Position numbers and translations under genes: made by a program. Below, piece after piece: positions 8,201 through 17,200 of a stretch of 30,339 nucleotides of DNA (positions within the stretch are counted from its first letter, which is position 1; every line of letters begins with the position of its first letter). Under the pieces are notes generated by a model, which had not been told where the DNA came from, did no database searches, and saw only the letters and a program-made list of their open reading frames with translations. Source of the stretch: a virus (taxonomy: Duplodnaviria; Caudoviricetes); IMG/VR virus record IMGVR_UViG_3300020314_000022, positions 1-30,339 of that record; one strand, 5' to 3'.

Positions 8201-11200
8201 CAATTGGGTCTATTTTGAGAGACATGGTTGGAAAAATGGTGATATTGTAAATTACACCTATGATACAACTCCAGTAAGTGGTATTGACTCGTCTAAACAG
8301 TATAAAGTTCTCAGATTAGATGAGAATAGATTTAGACTTGCAGAAGCTGGTAATAAAGGCGATAAAGTAGGAATTTTAACTAATTTCTTAAAACATGACA
8401 ATGTTATCTTTGAAACTCCTGGATCTGGATTCCAAAGATTCTTTAGTCCTGAAATTAAGTGCAATGTTAACATTCTGACGAAAGATAGTCAAGAAAAGAC
8501 ACTGGTTGCCACTCCTGTCGTTAGAGGTGAGATTGTAGACATTCTTCTCTACGAACCAGGTAGAAACTATGGATCAAACATCGTAAGTTTCAATAATTCT
8601 CCTAATATCTCCATTCCTTTTGGATCTCTTGGTCAAATTGGTTTAGTGATTTCAAATGGAAAAATTAGTGATGCTTTTGTTCAGAATGGTGGTGATGGAT
8701 ATACTGGACCGCCAGATTTAGAAGTTGTTAGCGTAGGTGCTACTGCAAGAGGTGGTATTCTTAGAAGTGTTGTATCTGGCGGCAAAATCACCGATGTTAA
8801 GATCATTTCTAGTGGCGTTGGTTATGCAGATACTACAACTAGCGTAAGTGTGCTTCCTGTTGGGGAAAACTTTAAATGTGAAGCTGCTATTAGACCAATT
8901 ATTGTCAGTACAGCATTTGACTTAGATCAAGATGAAATGGCAGTGCTTTACCCTAATAATGAGGGTCTCGCTGTAAACTATGTTGGATATGGAAAATCAT
9001 TTAGAGAATCTTTGGGTGATGATGGAAGTGGTCACTCTCCTATTATTGGATGGGCGTATGATGGTAACCCCATCTATGGACCTTATGGATTAGAAGATCC
9101 AGCTGATGTTCAGTCTGATGTTAAGAGAATGGTCTCTAGTTATGAGATTGTTTCTTCAAATATTCCAAATAGACCAGCTTCTTCAATTTTTCCATTCGGA
9201 TACTTTGTTGATGATTATGTTTACACAGGATCTGGTGATCTGGATGAGCACAATGGTAGATTTACAAAAACACCAGATTTCCCACAAGGTATCTACGCAT
9301 ATTTTGCCACAGTAGATAATTTAAACAAACCAGTATATCCATTTTTCGTTGGTGATACTTATCGTAGTTTTGCTATCCCAGAAAATAATATTCAGGGTGT
9401 AATGCAAAACCAGGTTGAATTTGATTTTGAGGGATCAGAGTTAACCAGAAATGTAACTCCTTACAACTTGTTTGGTGATGGTGTCGAATACGATTATGTG
9501 TTCCAACCATACAAACTGGTTAATCAGGTATCAAATCCAGACAATCTGATTGTATCTTCTGTTGAAGGTTTTGATATTGAAAATCCTGGTGAGGGATATG
9601 CTGTTGGTGAGAACTTAATCTTTGACAATACTGGAACTGGTGGTCAAGGAGCTGATGCAGAAGTTTCTAGGATATTTGGTCCACAAATTAATAAAGTTGA
9701 AAGTGATAAGGTAACTCTTACGAATTGCCCAATTGTTCATACCAGAGATGGGGTCATCTTCCAGAATCTCCCATTCCATGATTTCCAAGCAAATGATGTA
9801 GTTGAAGTTACAGGTGTCTCTACTTTTGTCAGAAATCTTGAAGGATATAAAAAAATTGCAGTAACTGATTACAGTACAGTTGCAATTACAACTACCTATA
9901 CAGGTATTGTTACTGACATCCATGTCAGATTTATTCCTCCTAATGTTTCTATTGGCGACTCTGTTGGTATTGGAACAGAGATTGCAAGACTTCTTGATAC
10001 ATTCTCGCGTACAAGAATTGGTCCGTTTATTAGATTAGAAAGACCCACTGGAGTTACTACTACAACAGAGTTTGTAGGAAGTGCAATCACATATTATCAA
10101 AATAAGTTTACAGTTCCTGTAGAGACTGATCCGTTTGAGTCTAAGTTCCAGGAAACTTTCTATTTCAATCCCAAAGAGTCTGTTGGTGTTGGAACCACTG
10201 TTGGTTTATCAACATCAGTCACGGTGACTGTTGGACCCAATACTGATACTGCCTCATTGATGTCGCAGAACCTCTATCTTGGTACTCATCCATTAGTTAA
10301 CAATCAGAAGATCACCCTCAACAATAATGGCAACACTGCCATTCAAGCTACTAGGTCTGTGGATCCTTGGGTAACTCCTAGTGCTATCTCAGGAGACTTC
10401 TTTGTCACTCGATTTAGTAATGAATCTATCGGTCTAAAGACCACAACATCTTCTGATGAACTCTTCTTTGTCACAAATGGTGATGATTCGTATACTTATT
10501 CTATTGTAACGCAATATAAGCAAGAGACTGCAGATGCCACTAGAAGCTCAATTACTATTACAACGGAAAAGGAACATAATTTATCTGAAAAAGACACTCT
10601 TAACCTGGTTGTAAAACCTGGATTTGCTACAGGTATTGGAACATCCACAATGGTGGATATTAGACTTCTTGATGGGTTTGTTGTTGTAGATCCTGTTGAA
10701 ATTCCTACCTCTGGAGTTAATACTGTTACCAATGTATTTAATGTAGAGAGACATAACTTACAAACAGGATTTAAGGTCCTGATGTATGGTGCGAGTGGTG
10801 TTCCAACTCAAGTCCCAGGTGGATTAACACAGAGACCATATTATGTTCTGAAAATTGATGATAATAATTTCCAGTTGACAAATACATATAGTCAGCTCTT
10901 TACAAATCCTCCTGAAGTTGTTGGTGTAACCAGTGCTGGATTTAATGGTCAAACAGTTAACCCAGTTAACCCTCCAATTAATGTTACAAGACAAAATGAT
11001 ATTGTTTTCAATTTGAGTGACCCAAGTCTTCTTGGATCTGAGCTGAAGATATTCTATGATGCAAATAATTTTAACGAATATGTTGGAACAGGTGATACGA
11101 CAAACTTACAAGTTATTGGTGTAGGAACAGTTGGTATCGCAACTACCAATCCCTTAGATACTCCACGGAAGACTGTTACTTTTGATTCTAGTGTTACTCA

Positions 11201-14200
11201 AACTCTCTTCTATGCAATAGAAAAGGGTGGTTACATCGTAACCTCTGATAATGATGTTCTTGCTAATAATCAGATCCTTTATTTCAATAGTGGATTTACG
11301 GGAAATTATACAGTAACTGGAATTGGATCGACTACTATTACTGCCAATATTGCAGTAACTCCAGAGAGGTTGTCTTACTTTAGCGATGAATGTGATGAAA
11401 TTTTCTACACCACAACATCTATTGGTGCTACTGGTGGTATTGCTAAGATTAGAATGCAAAGCGGTGGTATCAATTATGCCAAGTTACCTGGTGTAACTGG
11501 TGTCGGATCTACAGGTATCAGTGCAGTTATTAATCCAACTGGAGATAAAGTAAACCTTTTAGATTCAGTTAAAATTCCAACAGATGTATATGGTTATCCA
11601 TCTGATGCCACACTGAGACCAGATGCATTCTTGCCCAGAATTGTTCAGGTTAAGAATGCAAATAAGCTGGTTGATGCACAAGTTGTATTTGGTGGAAAAC
11701 AGTATCTTAATGCACCATCTTTGGTGGTATTTGATAAATCGACTGGAGAGATTGTTGATAGTGGTCTTATTGTTTGTGAACTCAGTGACTCTGCTGTAAA
11801 CAGAGTTGAAGTTGTTGTAAATCCAAGAGGTCTTACTGGCAATGACTATGGATTAGCGCCATTACAAAATAGTAATGGTGTTGGTATTATTGAAGCTTTC
11901 AGTGATGTTGGTTTCCTTACTTGTAAGATTCAGACTCCTGTTCTTGGTTATGTAAACGAACCATTTGCAATTGGAGATGAAGTATTCTTAGAGGGTGTTA
12001 ACTTTAACAATGATGGTGATGGATTTAACTCTGGCGACTATAAATTCCAAAACTTTATTATTGAGGACTATAACACTGCCACAAACCCAAGACAGGTAAC
12101 ATTCAGTTATTCTGGTCTTACTACAAATGTTGGTACTGGTGCAACTGTTATCCAAGGTTTTGGTCAAATTGTTAAAGCAGAAAATCTTGCTAAGTTTACT
12201 GTAACAAAACAATTCTCTGATTTCCAGTTAAATGAACCTCTGAGAAGAAATAATGATCTAGCTACAGACCTTGTTCTAGACTCTATTGATACTAAGACTG
12301 GTATTCTGGTTATTAGTGGTTCTACAAACCTTGAGATTGACGATAAAATTACTGGTACAAATAGTGGTGACCTTGCGGATGTTCAGGTCATCACTGGGTT
12401 TGATGGATATTTTGATATTGATTCTACGGTAACAGCGGATCTTGGTTGGTCTGATAATGTTGGTAAGATTAATGACGGCAACCAGTTCTTGCCAGATAAT
12501 GATTATTACCAAAATATGTCTTACGCCATTGAAAGTGAGAAGACATATGAGGAATTAGTTAACTATGTAAATGATATTGTTCACCCAGCTGGATTTAAAA
12601 ACTTTGCAAACACTCAGATCCTCTCTGTTGGTGATGCTGGTGAGTCTTTAGAGCCTGCAGATGATGCTGGTGGACTGGTTCTTGATTTTGTTTCTGATCC
12701 TTTAAGAGTTGATTCTATCTACAACTTCGACCGTGCAAGAGATATTAATGCCACTGCAACTGTATCTAAATTCATTCAGTTAGAATCTAATAGACTTTCT
12801 GACTTTATTCTTTGTAAGACCAACAGAGTTCTGCTTCATGATGACATCAGTCCTGAGTTTGTTAGCAATGAATCTAACGATCTTAGTGATGAAAGAACAG
12901 TTGCATCTATTATTGCGGGTAGAAACTTCTCTAGATATCTGATTCAAACCGTTCATGAAGCTCCTGATCCTAAGAAGAATCAATATCAGTTGAATGAGGC
13001 AGTTCTTATTACTATCAATAAGAATACCTACTTCCTCCAAAAGTCTCACATGGTTAATACTAACCAAGTTGGTCTTTCTACTGGTCTTGCACAATTCTTC
13101 AGTGTATTTGATGTTAATGCTAATCAAACTCAGTTAAGAATCAAACCATATGAGCCGTATGACACTGACTATGACATCAAGGTCATGCAGCAAGGTTTTG
13201 CTGCTGAGGTTGGATCTGGTATCGGCACACTTGGTATTGTAGAGAATATTTCCTCTAATAAAATTGTTTCCACAGGGACAACAACTAATATCATTGGTAT
13301 TGGAACAACAACTGGATTTGTTGCTGGACTTGCACATTTTGTCATTGTTGACAAAGGTACAAATCACGCGGACTATGTAGAGCTTGCTCTGCAATATGAT
13401 GGTGCTGACACATATACGACAGAACTGGCATCATTCAATACCAGACAGAGTTTGGGTGGTCTTTCAGCTGGTAAGTTCATGGGAACATTCACCAGTTATA
13501 TTGAGAATGATGTATTCAAAGTTGACTATATTCATGATCAAACCAACAATTTGGATGTAAGATCTAAGACCATTACATTTAACGATAATATTGGTTTTGG
13601 AACTACATCTGTAAAACACTTCAACATTCCTTTCACACCAGAAGGTACTGAAAGAAGTGCAAGAATTATCGTCAGTGCTGCTGCTACGACTGGTATTACA
13701 ACTGTTGTTGGTATTAATAGTACTGTTGATCTTTCTATGAAGTCCACAGTTCATGTGGCATATGGAAGCACTCAGACACTCCATCAAATATATGTACTCT
13801 CTGATCCAGCAAATCAAGACACATTCTTGTCACAACAACCGATTGCAGCAATTGGAACTACGACTGGTGTAGGTACATTTGGTGCTGGATTTGAGAATAA
13901 TCAGGTATTACTCAAATGGTATCCTGATTCCAATGTATCTGGAATGGTGAGCATTAAAGCTTACAATGAAGTTCTTTATAAAGATCTTGACCCTAACGGC
14001 GATGTTACTGGTATTGGTTCTTTTGACTATGGTAAGGTCTTTGAGAATGTTGCTCAAAACACATATCTTGGTATTAATAACAGAAACATTCGCAGTTTTG
14101 AACTTAAGTATCAAGGAACTCCAATTTACGAGAGAGCAGTAAACCCTGCAAGTCCCTTAGAACTTAATAGAGAGAATGGAACATTCTCACTTAAACACTT

Positions 14201-17200
14201 CTTCTCTAATGCTGAAGAAATTAGTTATCTGGCAGATTCTAACTTGGTTGGTATTGCTGCAAGTGCTTTACGCTATTATCCAAGAGGATCTAGCGTTTCT
14301 GCAGAACTTCCAAGCACTGTATTTGTTATTAAACAAAACAATAACCAATACAATATTGCAACTACAATTGTTGAAGCAAGAGCTGGTCTTGGTATTACTT
14401 TTGAAGATCCCTCTGGTGCTGGTAACAAGCACCGCTTCACAATGGAGAAGCGTGACTCTAAGTCAATCCTTGCTATCAACGGTCTGGTACAAAAACCACT
14501 TTCATTCACTTCCATTTCCTATGATCTTGAAGTTCCTGTCAATGGTTTTGTAACCGCATTTGTTCTTAGTGGTCTTAGCACAGTTGTTTCTGGTGATCTT
14601 ATTAGAATTGATGATGAATATAATATTGTCAATACTGTTGGTTTTGGCACCACCTCTGTTGGACCTATCACTGGTATTGGAACATGGAGTCTTGTAGAAG
14701 TTGAGCGTGGTGCAGTTGGATCAGCAGCGACAGATCACGCAGCAGGCACATTGGGAAGAATCTACAGAGGATCTTTCCAGATTGTTAATAGTAATGTTCA
14801 CTTTACAGAAGCTCCTCTTGGTGGTGACTTGGGTCAGACTGATCCTAGTAATCTCCCATATCCTAGAGCATCTTTTGGTGGTAGAACCTATCTCAGACAA
14901 GACTACGACACTAACCAAATCTTTGATGACATTTCTGACAAGTTTGATGGTCTAGAAAATACATTTGCATTATCTTCTGCTGGTGCTGCTGTTACTGGTA
15001 TTGGTACAACTGGTGGTAACGGCGTTCTGTTTGTTAACAGCATGTTCCAAGCTCCGTTTGGATTCAACAATGCTGGATCTTATAACTTCCAAATCATCGA
15101 ACAAACAGTAGGAGGTATTGCAAGTGTCCAGTTTACTGGTATCACCTCAGTTGGATATACAGATCTAATTATTGATGAAGGGGATATTAATGAAAACCAG
15201 CTTCCTAGGGGCGGTATCATTGTCTCTCTGGCGTCTACACCTGGTCGTGGATACGCTGCGTTTGCTGGTGCTAGGGTCAAACTAGAGATTGGTGCTGGAA
15301 ACTCTATCACGGGCGTTGTAGGCGTTCCTACGACAGGCATCTCTTACGATATTATTGATGCACAATATGATAATAAGACAGGTATCTTGACTGTTTCTAC
15401 TCTCAAGAGTCATGGTCTTAGACTTGAAGACCAAATGAAGTTGGATAGACTTAAGTTTGCATGTCCTAAGAATGATGTCGGAACTCCTAGTGGTGTTGCA
15501 TATAATCCAGCTACAGGTATTACGACTATTACATTCCCATCTGCTCATGGTTTAGTAAATGGTGATGCAATCTCTATCGACACTGATAGTCTCACATTCA
15601 GTTGCGCGATGGGCACGGGTAACAAAACATATCCTCGTTCTACTGACCCAATCAACGGTGAGTATTTGACAATCTCTAATGTCACTACAAATACTCTGAG
15701 AGTTAATGTAGGTGCTGCTGGAACTAATGTTTATTGGAATCCCACAGGTGCAGATTATGATCCTAATGTAGGTATCATGACTGTTACTATTGGCACACAT
15801 GATTTGTATGTTGGTAAGGGAGTAGTAATCCCAGACAACTCATTTACATTTACATGTGCTCAAAACGGTAATGCTACTAACCACACATATCCTCGTGCCA
15901 CCGATCCAGCTTCTGGAGCATCTCTTGATGTTGTTGCAATTGGTACGGTAACTGCAAATATTACTGCTGCCCAATATGATCCAACCGCAGGTATCCTAAC
16001 AGCAACTTCTGCAGGTCATAACCTGATGGTTGGCAATAGAGTACAGATTCAGGGTAATTCTTTAACATTCACATGTACTAAGGATGGTAATGCAACCAAT
16101 CACACATATCCAAGATCTACTGATCAAGTTAATGGTAAGTGGGTAGCAGTTGCAAGCACAGATGCAAATACATTCTCTATTGATGTAGGCGCGTCTCCTG
16201 TTAATGAAAGATATGATCACACCTTCATTGCTGCTGCTTCTGGTGCATTAGTCAAGCAAACAGGAACAATTGAGCTGAATGTTGGTACAGGTGGAACAGG
16301 AACATCAGCACATACATTTGTCTCTGCTGCCACTAGTGCAGTTCAGTCTCTACCTCAGTCTGTACATACATTTATCAGTGCAACTACAAATGCGATTAAG
16401 ACTCTAAATTATCAGGGCATTACCACCAGTTTCTTCCCAGACTACGAAGACTCGCTTCCTGTTACTGGAATTATTTCCGCAAGAACATTTAAGACACTGG
16501 TTGGTCCTTCGACTATTCCACACAATTATGTAAGTGGTGGCACAGTTGCACAATATTATGCTCTGTCATTTGGATCTGGTTATCAGACGGGTCTTGGAAC
16601 TATTGGTATTGCAGTCACTGATTATGAGTATGCTCATACATTCTCATCAGCTGGTTTAGGTTCTATTACTGCTAATACTGGTTCTGCTTATACTGCAACC
16701 ACTGCAAGTTATGCATCTACAACTGGTAATCTAATTCTTACAATTCCTAACCATGGTTTGACAACCAGCAACACTGTTGCTATCGCAACTGATTCTATTG
16801 GATTTAAGTGCTCTAGAGATAATTATCTTGGAGAGCACCTGTATCCAAGACCTACAGATCCTGTTGCTGGCATCTTTACATCGATTAATGCTGTAACCAC
16901 TAATACAATCGCAGTTAATATTGGTGTTGGTGGTGGTGCTGGAACTGGAGCTGATATCAGCGCAGTTGTTGGTGCAGGCGGAACTCTGATCTTTACTGTC
17001 AATGATGGCGGTAGTAACTATGTAAACGCAACTGCTTTACCACCAGAACCCAACGGTGAGAATATGCCTATTGTTGGCATATCTAGGATTGGATTGGGCA
17101 ACACTACCACAACTGGTGTTGGTGCATCTATTAGCGTTCAGGTTCTTGGAGTAAGCACTGCTACTGGTATTGGATCCACACTCTTTGAAGTCAAAGAATT

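Noticed and set aside
15351-16930. gp7 repeats as a DGR template/variable repeat pair or a CRISPR-like array
   Set aside because: The copies differ at many synonymous positions rather than specifically at adenines, there are no identical spaced nucleotide repeats, and no reverse transcriptase or cas gene is present in the window.
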